From NCBI RefSeq assembly GCF_006345805.1, contig NC_043025.1:13640001-13704000 (forward strand): a stretch of 64,000 nt of DNA. The letters are read 5' to 3'. Shown piece by piece: positions 32,431 to 44,900 of the stretch (position 1 is the stretch's first letter; each line of letters begins with the position of its first letter). The notes beneath the pieces are model-generated. The model was not told the DNA's origin and did not search any database. It worked only from the letters and a program-made list of their open reading frames with translations. The DNA comes from Octopus sinensis. Taxonomy: Eukaryota. Both the position numbers and the translations under genes were made by a program.

Positions 32431-35400
32431 CTGACTACGTCCCAGGTAGGGGCCATGGGTTATGGCCTGACTAGTCTTGCCGGGTCTTCGGATGGTTGTT
32501 TTATGTGCCACACCGACACAGGTGCTAGATGAGGCTGGCGAACGCCACGATCGGATGGTGTTTGTCATGTGCCCACCGCATGACTACGGCACTGATGGAT
32601 TTCTTGTGTGCCACAGGCACTCAGGCGGTGAGCTGGCAGAATACTTAGAGGTCTTTCATCCATCTTTACATTCTGAGTTCAAATTCTACCAAGGTCGACT
32701 TTGCCTTTCTTCCATTCAGGGTTGATAAATTTAAGTACCAGTTGAATACTGGGGTTGATGTAATCAACTGATTCCCTCCCCATTGGTGGCCTTATACCAA
32801 AATTTCAAAGCAACACTATAGATATTTCTTTACATTTTTCAGTCATTTGACTGTGGCCATGCTAGAGCACTGCCTTTTAGTCGTCCCCTGGACTTATGCT
32901 AAGTTATGGGAACGTAAACACACCAACATTGGTTGTCACACGATAGTGGGAAGAACGCACACACGATCAGTTTCAATCTACCAAATCCACTTTGGTCAGC
33001 TCAAGGCTACAATAGAAGACACTTGTCAAAGGTGCCACATGGTGGGACTGAACCCGGAATCATGTGGTTGGGAAGTAAGCTTCTTACCGCACAGCCACTC
33101 TCTTTTACTTGTTTCAGTCATTTGACTGTGGCCATGCTGGAGCGCCGCCTTTAGTCGAACAAATCAACCCCCAGGACTTATTCTATCGGTCTCTTTTGCC
33201 GAAGCGTTAAGTTACAGGGACGTAAGCACACCAACATCGGTTGTGAAGCGATGTTGGGGGAACAAACACACACACACACATATATATACACAACGGGCTT
33301 CTTTCAGTTTCCATCTACCAAATCCACTCACAAGGCTTTGGTTGGCCCGAAGCTATAGTAGAAGACACTTACCCAAGACGGCACGCAGTGGGACTGAACC
33401 CAGAACCATGTGGTTGGTAAGCAAGCTACTTACCACACAGCCACTCCTACGCCTTCATATATATATATATATATAGTCTTTTACTCTTCTAACTTGTTTC
33501 GGTCATGCTGGAGCATCGCCTTTAGTCAAGCAAATTGACCCCAGAGCTTAGTCTGTGTAAGCCTAGTACTTATTCTATCAGTCTCTTTTGCTGAACCGCT
33601 AAGCTAAGTTACGGGGACGTAAACACACACATGTTGCCTTTTCTATATACAAATGCACAGACAATCGGATATTGAGTGCACAAATGGACGGAAAACAGAA
33701 GGTGCCCAATTCTTCATCATTTATCAACCAGATGGTATTACTACCCTCTTCATACATACATCATGTAGTTCAGATATCTGTAAAAGATTAGAGCAGGATT
33801 CCGTTTAGAAGGGTGTTTGTTATGGCCGGTCAAAGTGTGACCATTGGTTTCGCACCTATAAAGCGCTTAGCTGTATAGGTAACTCGTCAGGCTTAGATGG
33901 ATGTATTTTGTTTACGAAACTAACTGACCATGACGTTTTTCCCTATAGAGAAAAACTCCATTAACTAAATTTGAAACTTAAAACATTAGGATTACTTCCT
34001 ACAACTCATTTATTATTTAAGGTAAAAAAAATAAATAGAAATATGTACTCTTTTACTTGCTTCAGCACTGCCCTTAGTCGAGCATATCGACCCCGGGACT
34101 TATTCTTTCGGTCTCTTTTGCCGAACCGCTAAGTGACGGGGACGTAAACACGCCAGCATTGGTTGTCAAGCAATGCTAGGGGAACAAACACAGACACATA
34201 TATACGACAGGCTTCTTTCAGTTTCCGTTTACCAAATCCACTCACAAGGCTTCGGTCGGCCCGAGGCTATAGTAGAAGACACTTGCCCAAGGTGCCACGC
34301 AGTGGGACTGAACCTGGAACCATGTGGTTGGTTAGCAAGCTGCTTACCACTCCTGCGCCTGTATTCATCTTTTATCTCTAATTTATATATATGTGTGTAT
34401 ATATTATACTGTTTTGTGATAAGATCAACAAAAGTTTGTTATGCCATGTGGGCAGTGCCTGAAGATTGTGCTACTGACACCAGATATGTTTAAAAATACT
34501 GTCTGGCATGCTCTCAGTACATACAAATATATATCGTCGTTGTTTAGCGTCCGCTTTCCATGCTAGCATGGATTGGACGGTTCAACTGGGGTCTGGGAAG
34601 CCACAGACATACAAAACAGAAAGTTGAAAATTTTTATTCACCATTCCACATGTTTCGTTTACCAATAGGAATTACTAAGTTTTTTATATGTTACTGAGAC
34701 ATGGAATGAATTTCCTGATACAAATTCTTCAGACAGAGAAATTAAGAGGGAACAGTTGGGATTTACCTTAACTAATACATATGTGTGTGCGTTGGGCTTC
34801 TTTCTGTCTACTAAATCCATTCACAAGGCTTTGGTCCGCTTAAGGATGTAGCAGACAACATTCACCCAAGGCACTGTGCAGTGGGATTGAACCTGGAACC
34901 ATGTGGTGAGGAAGCAAGCTTCTTACCACACAGCTACGCCTGCACCTGTTCACGAATCCTTAATATCCTGACCCCTTACACCCTGCTCCAGACCGACCCC
35001 TTGAATCCATATGGGGAACCTCTATACAGTTGCTCAACATGCTAGAAAAAGCAGCCAAATATCTCTCAAAATAGAACCCGTCGTTATAACAACACACTGT
35101 GTAGTGAAAACCAAGATACACTATGCCAAGAACGGATGCTCTTTTCTTTGTTTCAGTCATTTGACTGTGGCCATGCTGGAGCACTGCGACCACAGGACTT
35201 ATTCTATCGGTCTCTTTTTGCGGAACCGTTAGGTTACAGCGACGTAAACACACCAGCATCGGTTGTCAAGCGATGCTGGGGGGACAGACACAGACACATA
35301 TATGACGGGCTTCTTTCAGTTTCCGTCTATCAAACCCACTCATAAGACTGTGGTGTTCCAGAGGACATAGTAGAAGACACTTGCCCAAGGTTCCATGCAG

Positions 35401-37169
35401 TGGAACTGAACCTGGAACCATGTGGTTGGTAAACAAGCTACTTACCACAGAGCCACTCCTATGCCTTGGACATGAATAATACAACTGTCAACAGTCCAGT
35501 CCAGTCTACTTAGCCGTCAGTAGGTACCACCGTGTGGTATAGTTCACTGTACGGCATCCATTATGTAACTCTAGGCCAGACCTGTGACCATCCTGTCTTT
35601 TATTCAGACATAGTGCATCTAGGACTACATCATCTAATGTGTTCTTTCTTGTTGTTTACCCCGATGAAAGATATTCCAACCATGACCAACACACCATATT
35701 GTCCATGTCCAAGAACACATTATTCAGTTGCCTTCTTTTCCTTTATGCATTATAAGGCATTTGAGAAATATTTGGCTACTATTTCAAGCATAAATATCAG
35801 GTGACTAAAAAAAGGGGAGGGGGGGTCATGGAACACCTTTTTTTTTTCTTAGTTTATCATCAACATCGAAATCAAATTTGCTTAAAAAAATCAATATTTT
35901 TTTTCCATCAATAAAAAAAACCCAAAATTTTTTGATTTCAGTTGCTCTTTTTTTTAATATTATTGAGTTCAAATCCTGTTGCGATCAGATTTGCTTTTCT
36001 CCCTTTCAGGGGTCAATGAAATAAACACCAGGTGAGTGCTGCCCCTCCCCACGTGCCAATATTGTGAAATACCCTTTTTTTTTTTTTTGTCAAAAATTAG
36101 ATTCAAGCAACACGGGACCGTCTTATACTTGGACAAAGGGAATCCTTCCAGGTCAACGTAGGGAAGGATGGCTTCCCTCTGCAAATACCGAAAGGGCACA
36201 GAAAGTGTGCCTAAAGCCAGCTGGAGAAGATGTTTCCCTGGGCCTACAGTAGCAAATATACCTCACGATGTCGTGCAGAGAATTCTTATTGATTGACCTG
36301 AGACTATAGTAGAAGACACTTGCCCAATGTGTCATGCAGTGGGACTGAACCCCGAACCATGCGGTTGGTAAGCAAGCTACTTACCACACAGCCACTCTTG
36401 TGCCTATACTCCATTATTATATGTAAACCCCAACACTCTCTGTCTTCTCCCTCTCATCCGTCACCCTCGTGGTAAATGAATGAAATTATTATTAAGATGG
36501 TGAACTGATAAAATGCCTGGTGGTATTTCGTCTGCGTTATGTTGTGAGTTCAAATTCCGCCGAGGTCGACTTTGCCTTTCATCCTTTCGGGGTCGATAAA
36601 TTAAGTACCAGTTACGCACTGGGGTCGATGTAATCGACTTAATACCTATGTCTGTCCTTGTTTGTCCCCTCTGTGTTTAGCCCCTTGTGGGTAATAAAGA
36701 AATAGGTATTTCATCTGCCATTACGTTCTGGGTTCAAATTCCGCCAAGGTCGATAAATTAAGTACCAGTTACGCACTGGGGTCGATGTAATCGACTTAAT
36801 ACCTATGTCTGTCCTTGTTTGTCCCCTCTGTGTTTGGCCCCTTGTGGGTAATAAAGAAATAGGTATTTCGTCTGCCGTTATGTTCTGAGTTCAAATTCCG
36901 TCGAGGTTCACTTTGCCTTTCAGGGTCAATAAAATAAGTATCAGTTAAACACTGGGGTCGGTGTAATTAACTGGTCCCTTCCCACTAAATTTTGGGCCTT
37001 GTGTGGAATCGGTAGCATGCCAGGCTAAATGCTCAGCGGTATTTTATCCATCTTTACCTTTCAGGGTCGATAAAATAAGTACCAGTTGAACCCTCTCCCC
37101 AAAACCACTGCCCTTGTGGCAAAATTTGAAACCATTTCCCTGCATAATGACCTGATACATTAATCTCTT

Positions 37170-37560
37170 ATTTCTCCACCCTGACGAAGGAGGCTCTGGA
37201 ATTTACCAATATTTATTTGATTCCATTACCGGCTGCAAATTTCTGAAGTAAGTCCAAACCCCCAGAAACAGCTGTCGAGCCTTTTTTCTTCTAATGCTTC
37301 GCGTCTACATAATCTGTAAGTTTGCTCTATAAAAATATATATATTCATACTTGATTGTTAATCATCTGAAAATGTTAAGTTTGTCTTCTCTTTTTTTACA
37401 TGTATATTTTGTTTGTTTAAACTCAAGGTTTTATCTGTCTATTGAATCATTCTCTCCATATCTGGTCACCCCTTATAATCACTCTTTACCTCCCTGTCTT
37501 GGTCAAGATGTCGGAGTGTAAGTTCATCACTGTATAGTGTTTTCATTCTCACCTCTTGAT
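37170..37560 (+). mobile_element. Possible Penelope-like terminal fragment with a hammerhead-like motif
   Basis: CTGACGA (37181) ... GAAACAGCTGTC (37265-37276). Confidence 0.4.
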
Positions 37561-40500
37561 TATATATGTATAACGACAAAATAATGAAACGTTGATATTT
37601 TTTATATCAGTGGCTCTCAAAGTGGGTGGTGTAGTAGAAAAGTAATGGGGGCGGGCGATTCATGTAAAAACAACAAAAAAATGGGTCCATTAGGTTGTTT
37701 TGGATTTATTTTAGAAAGGGGTCTATGTTTGTGATGGTAGGGGCACTAGGAACGTAGTCTGGGTGTTAATTTTCTCTGTTGTAATATTTCATCGTCTTTT
37801 AACATCTGCCTTCCATGCTGGTGTGACCGGGAAGCTGCACCAGGCCCACATCTGATCTGTCAGTGTTTCTACAGCTGGATGCCCTTCCTAATGCCAACCA
37901 CTCCATGAGTGCTTTTTACGTGCTACCAGCACTGGGGTTCACAACTGCAATTTCCATTGATATTGCTGTACTTGTGAGTGGGCTGGTCATGCGACACTGG
38001 TGTAGGTTACAGCTGAGGACTCACAGCACACCATTAGTATTTTCCTGCTTCTATCTACACACACCCAAGGAGACATTCCAGCTGCCCAAACCATAACTGA
38101 CGGTGGATTTTGACAGTAATTTACGAGTCTACCCTCGACAGAGCTAGATACACACCAAAATCCGTCATTCTGGTGGCTGACTGTTTATTCGATGTCAAAT
38201 CAAATCAAAATCGATGAACATCAATGGAATTTGTATCTTTGTGGCACACAAGAAAACCATCCGAACGTGGCCGTAGCCAGTACCGCATCGACTGGCCTCC
38301 GTGCTGTCGGCACGTAACAAACACCATCCGATCGTGGCCGTTCGCCAGCCTCGTCTGGCACCTGTGTCGGTGGCACATAAAAACACCATCCGAGCATGGC
38401 CGTCTGCCAACCTCGTCTAGCACATAACACCATCCGAGCGTGGCCGTTCGCCAGCCTCGTCTGGCACATAAAAATCACCCACTACACTCTCAGAGTGGTT
38501 GGCGTTAGGAAGGGCATCCAGCTGTAGAAACACTGCCAGATCTGACTGGCCTGGTGCAGCCTTCGGGCTTCCCAGACCTCAGTTGAACCGTCCAACCCAT
38601 GCTAGCATGGAAAATGGACGTTAAACGATGATGAAATTTCACTTTTACCAGTGAACACCAGCAACCTGACTCCTCTCCAGTCTCATCATCCGCTTTCCAT
38701 GCTGGACGATTTGACTGAGGACTGGCGAACCAGACTCAAATCTGATCTGGCAGATGCCCTTCCTAACGCCAACCACTCCGAGAGTGTAGTGGGTGGTAGC
38801 TTGTTGCTCTGGCAACGATCTCACTCGTATGGTACTCTTAGCGCTCCACTAGCACGGATGCCAGTCATCGAGTTCTCATAAACTTTCATGAGATCACGAC
38901 GGTGGATTCTCCTTTTGCCAAACCACAGATGACAGGCTTCTTTCAACCAAATCCATCCACAAGGCCTTGAGGTTATAGTAGAAGACACTTGCCCAAGGTG
39001 CCACGCAGTGGGACTGAACCCGGAACCATGTGGTTGGTTAGCAAGCTACTTACCACACAGCCACTCCTGCGCCTATATATATATATCCAATAATTTTTGG
39101 CCAGTTTAATTTATCTTCTCTCCTGGTGCTGTATAAATACTTGTTGTGGTTTTAGAGTCAAATTCCGACTGCTATCCTTCAGATACCCTTAATTATATAT
39201 GAGAGAGAGAGAGCTGTATATCTCTCAAGCTTCTTTACTCACTGTGCTGTGCAGTAGAGTTGAACCCATCACCACAAGGCCGATTACAAAACCCCAATCA
39301 TCAATGGACATCAAAAAAAAATTATGTCCAAAATTACTCACTGGAAGCAGAACATTTTAGAAAGAAAAACAAACACGTTTTTTTTTATGTTTTGCAAGAA
39401 TATTTATTTATTTTTTCTATAATATACATTAGTTTATTTATTGAATTTGTTGACAGGACCCATAGAAATAGAAAATACCTTCTTGGATCGAGTCACTGCC
39501 ACGAATGATTAGTGGTGGCCCCACCCAGCCTGGAAACATCTGTGCAACGAGGTTGTGAGTAGTTGTTATTCGGGATGGAAAGGGTTACGTTGATCTCTGC
39601 GGTGGCTTTTAAAAAAAAAAAAAATCTTTATTCGGGGGAAGGTGGGTGTCGAAGCATGTTTGGGAAGAGAATTATAAAAAAGTTATTTTTCTTGTTAAAT
39701 TCCATCAAATCTCTCATAGAAGCAGAACTGAAACCTATAATTGCCTTTGGTAAGTTAAGAAAAATTTTTTCTATTACTGTCCTTTTGCTGGCCAACCTGG
39801 ATTTCGACATTAATGGGTCCCATCAACCCCTTGCCTGTACAAAGTCTATCCTAAATGTTCCTCTTAGTTTCCAGCTGACAACCCTTGATTCGTATGTTCT
39901 GAGTTAAAGCTTTTCTTTCATAAGGCCCAAGTCACTCTATTGGTTGAAGGTAACACATATCAGACATGTTTCATTGAGATCCGTTGCCCAAGACTCCAGT
40001 CTGATCTGGCATGTTTTTCTACAGCCGAAAGCCAACCACTCCAAGAGTGTAATGGGTGCTTGTATCTGGCGAGTCTTCTTAAGCACAACATACTGTGTTG
40101 CATATAAATGCATTAACAGTATTCATATACCAAACCAGGCCTAATAACCATTTGACTCGGCATGTTACAATTGCTATTTCCACCAAAATGTGGCTGCACG
40201 CAAGCAGATAAAAAGACTGACTTGCCTCCATGAGGGCCAACACTTGAAAGGACCTCAGCCATTTTGCCCCCATATCAAGCTTTCTGTGACATTAACCCCC
40301 TTTTCCTGTGCAAAGCATTTTCATAAGTCTGTCCAGCTTTGTTTTCTGAGTAATATTTCGTAACAGGACCCATAGAATGTGCATCATATATGTATGGATG
40401 CCAGGGAAGTATGTTTCGTGTACCATGTATGATACACAGGACACGTAAAAGAGACCCCCCCAAAAAAAGCCATTACAGCTAAACTGAGTTGGTACTGGCA

Positions 40501-41250
40501 TGGATGGATAGATAGATTGTCAGTTCTTAGAAATGGTCACTGTCTTCCCAACGCCCTTAACTGGTAGAGAAGGGGTGAGTTTAATATCACAGCTGTTGCA
40601 TGGCCACATAAAACAAAAGAGGGTAGAACTTTGAAGGATTACAACTAAATACCACAAGGCATTTTAATCATAGTAACCCTTTCTCCTATAGACACAAGGC
40701 TTTAAGTTTCGAGATCACTCATTATAACAATTCTGCCACCTTTAGTTGCTAGTCCTTACAAGCTTATATTTCCACCCCTTATCTTTTTTTTTAGGTTAGC
40801 TCACTGAATACTCTAAGGATTAAAACAGTCTGTAAGCAGCCAACAATGCACTGCCTGGTCTAGCGATTGAAACCCTGACCATGTGCCTTTAATTTCATCC
40901 TTCTTTCAATCAGAATATGACCATTTAGTTAAATGAATTGACACGTTTTTTTTAAAGTCCAGTACTTATTCGATCGGTCTAACACACCAGTGTATGACAG
41001 GCTTCATTCAGTTTCTGATTCTCTGGTTAGCCTGAGGCTATAATAGAAAACACTTGCCCAAGGTAAGCAAGCTTCTTACCACATTAACCTTACCTTCGTT
41101 TGCGTCCGCCTCACATGATATCATCTCCAGGTTTCAGCAAATTCGAAACATTGCTGTCTTGTCCCATTTCTAAACATTCAACTGTTTATCATTATTAACT
41201 AATCTAGAGTTTGGAGGAATATGAATCAACAAGAAATGCTGATGAAAGAT

Positions 41251-41256
41251 TTTATT
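41251..41256 (-). promoter_or_regulatory. Candidate polyadenylation signal for the minus-strand gene
   Basis: AATAAA on the minus strand about 630 nt past the stop; AT-rich context makes it weak evidence. Confidence 0.25.
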
Positions 41257-41884
41257 TCACATCATTAACTTTTAATTAATTACAAGTAAGGAAGAATTCA
41301 GTAAAATATCTTTTTCATTAATTAACCCTTTTGTTACTGTATTTATTTTGAGATGCTCTGTGTTTCTTTTAATTACTTTAGATATAACAAAGAATTTAGT
41401 AAAATAACTTAGTTACCATTCAGCCAGTGTTAGGAACATAAATTGTGGTATATTCTAACTGAAAACAAGACATTTGTACTACAGAGCCGGGTTGGTAACA
41501 AAAGGGTTAAATTATTTTGTTTCAATTAATTGTAAGTAAGGAAGAATTTAGTAAAATAATTTTCATGTTAATTAACGTGGTGTTCGAGACATAGAACTAA
41601 ATCCCAACAGGTCACCGCAATAATCCTTTCTAATACAAGGCAACCTTCTGAACTTAAAGGCAGCTAACCATCTTATACAAACTGGCCCATCATGCAACTA
41701 GAAAGGTCTAAGGAACACCAACAGTGAAACAATGCCTAAGTAATTGTATTAAATCTTAACGGAAGCTCAGGGGGGGAAAAAAAAAAGGAAGGCAGCCCAG
41801 ATCAAATTATAAAAGAGGGAAGTAATTATAGATCCCATGACCGACCCCCACAAAAGAAGCATGCTGTTATTTCTTTCTCCCGTT

Positions 41885-41938
41885 TTACAAATCGTGGTCT
41901 CCTATGCTTTGTTTCAGGTATTCTTGGTAAAGTTTTTG
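41885..41938 (-). CDS. NTPase terminal coding exon
   Basis: ctctttcag|CAA...TAA; QKLYQEYLKQSIGDHDL*. Confidence 0.82.
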   Translation of the reverse strand, partial: QKLYQEYLKQSIGDHDL

Positions 41939-44900
41939 CTGAAAGAGAAATAAAAAATTATTAATAATAATAATGTATTACATACAGACATTCCTCATAT
42001 ATATACAAGCCACCAATAAGAATTAACATTCTCGGAGTGGTTGCCGTAGAAACCAGACTGAGTGTGCCTATATTTATATATAACATAATAATATTAGGGA
42101 ACACTATTCCAATACATAATTAACTTATCTCGTCACAAGAATATTATAACCAAGATTTTATATAGTAAAGGTAAAACAATTACTTCCTTAAAATAAATAA
42201 TAATAATAATAATAGGCGCAAGAGTGGCTGTGTGGTAAGTAGCTTGCTAACCAACCACATGGTTGGTTTGTTCACATCCCTGTAACGTAACAGTTCAGCA
42301 AGAGGCTGATAGGGTAAGTATCAAACTTTAAAGAAAAAAAAAGTCCTGGGGTCAATTTCTTCGATTAAGCACTGCCCCAGCATGGCCTTGGCTGAAAGTA
42401 ATAAAAGAAGACCTGCAAATGTCCCTGCCCCAGGGTATATCAATAAGAGAAAGGGGCAAATTCAAGAAGCAATTATTAAAAAACAAAAAAATTTTAAATA
42501 TTCCTTACACCTCCTACACAAATTTTTTCCAAGTTTTGACACTTTAGAGACATCAGATCTTTTGAATCAAAATACAAGACCGAAAAGATCTGATGTCTCT
42601 AAAGTGTCAAAACTTGGAAAAATTTGTGTAGGAGGGGTGTAAGGAATATTTAAAATTTTTTTGTTTTTTAATAATTGCTTCTTGAATTTGCCCCTTTCTC
42701 TTATTGATATACCCTGGGGCAGGGACATTTGCAGGTCTTCTTTTATTACTTTCAGCCAAGGCCATGCTGGGGCAGTGCTTAGTCGAAGAAATTGACCCCC
42801 AGGACTTTCTTTTCTTTAAAGTTTGATACTTACCCTATCAGCCTCTTGCTGAACTGTTACGTTACAGGGATGTGAACAAACCAACCATGTGGTTGGTTAG
42901 CAAGCTACTTACCACACAGCCACTCCTGCGCCTATATAGTGCAGGTGGCATGTAAAATGCACCAATCTGACCGTGACCAATGCCAGACTCACAAAATACA
43001 CTCTCGGAGTGGTTGGCGTTATGAAGGGCATCCAGCTGTAGAAACATTGCCAGATCAGACTGGAGCCTGGTGCAGCCTTCTGGCTCCCCGGTCGACCCAT
43101 GGTAGCATGGAGAACGGATGCTGATCTGTTGTGCAAGATTTTTTTTTTTATGTGATGTCATGTTTTGAAACATATATTTTGACAATAAAAACACACGCAC
43201 TATATATTTGGTCTTATTTATTTATTAGATTAATCCTATTTATATATATATCATTATCAATGAATGTCCAGAGGAATGCATCACACAGAGTCTTTTTCCA
43301 GTTTGTGTCACCAGGTAAATTGTAAGACAATAAATACAACAAACTTAGTGTTTGCAGTGAATAAATCTTTAGAAAAAAAAAAGGGAAGAAATATGTGAGG
43401 CCTAGGATTTGGTTTGGAACAACTAAAAGAAAGGTGTCTACTTGAAGCAGAACAGCTTACCTTCTTCTTGACTGAGGATTTGACAAAGTCTTGGTACTCT
43501 TGGAGGACGTACTTCTGTTTACGACTTAAACAGGTCCTTTTCCTGGAATGACAAAAGAAAGACAGTGAAATAATGATAATCCTTTCTTCTACGGGCACAA
43601 GGCCTGACATTGGGGGAAGGTTAAGTCAATTACATTGACCCCAGTTTTTCACTGGTACTTATTAGCCAGAGATGATTTTTTTTAAATGAGAATATAGGTG
43701 CAGGAGTTGCTGTGAGGTAAGTAGCTTGCCTACCAACCACATGGTTCCGGGTTCAGTCCCACTGCGTGGCACCTTGGGCTGACCAAGGCATTGTGAGTGG
43801 ATTTGGTAGACGGAAACTGAAAGAAGCCCGTCGTATGTCAGTGCATTTACATCTCCGCAACTTATCGGTTTGGCAAGAGACCAATAGAACAAGTCCTAGG
43901 GTTGATTTGCTCGACTACAGGCGGTGCTCCAGCATGGCCATAACCACACGACTAAAACAAGTACAACAGTAATATATAGAATAATAAAAAAAATGCAAAC
44001 TGGAGACTGCTGCTCCAGTTGGGTCTGTACCTACCTGAAACTAAACCTCGCTGTGATGAGGAAGAGCAAGGATAGAACGATGGTCCCAATGGAAATGTAG
44101 AACCGGAAATCCTCTGTGAATATATTCCAGAAGGTTCTTAAGGGAATCTGCAAAAAAAAAAGAGATGAGGTTGACATTAGTAGAGCAATTGCGGATGTTT
44201 AACCACGGGTCTGTCCTGATTCAGGAGTCCTACGATCATCCTGTCTTTTATTCAGGCAGAGTGTATCTAGGACTATATTGTCTGATGTGCCTGCCCATGT
44301 CAGTAGACCTGTGACCAAAGCTAAGAACACATTAGATAATGTAGTCCTAGATACACTATGCCTGAATAAAAGACAGGATGGTCACAGCTGGAACATCTTT
44401 GATCATAGGTCTACCTGGGGCTAAACAACAAGAAAGGACACATTAGATACACTATGCCTGAATAAAAGACAGGATGGTCACAGTTGGAGCATAGGTCTGC
44501 CTGGGGCTAAACAACAATAAGGGAGAACGCGTTAGACAATGTAGTCCTAGGTACACTATGCCTGAATAAAAGACGGGATGGTCACAGTTGGAATATAGAG
44601 ATCTACCAAGGCACAAAAAAGAAAAGATGGCCAATAAAAATAAATGCTACTCACAGTGTAAGAAATGAGGGTTTCCTTTAGGGAGCTGCCTGCCAAGGAG
44701 AAAAGGGGTTCACTTAAGTTTGACATCAGAAGCAGGAACATGGGAAGCGCAAAACTGAAGAGGACCAGAATTATTTGGTGGAATATTGCTTTGCGGTTGT
44801 ATTTCCTGGAATTTCTGTAAACGGAATTAAGAGAGTAATTAGTGACCTCGTTAGCATTAATTTGTTTGATTATTCTGTTAATAAGAGGCATTTTTCTTGC

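Noticed and set aside
43519-43542. Reading the 43542 exon as terminal (EKDLFKS*)
   Set aside because: The upstream exon ends in phase 2, which gives the open KRTCLSRKQK frame with a good donor and a matching final exon.
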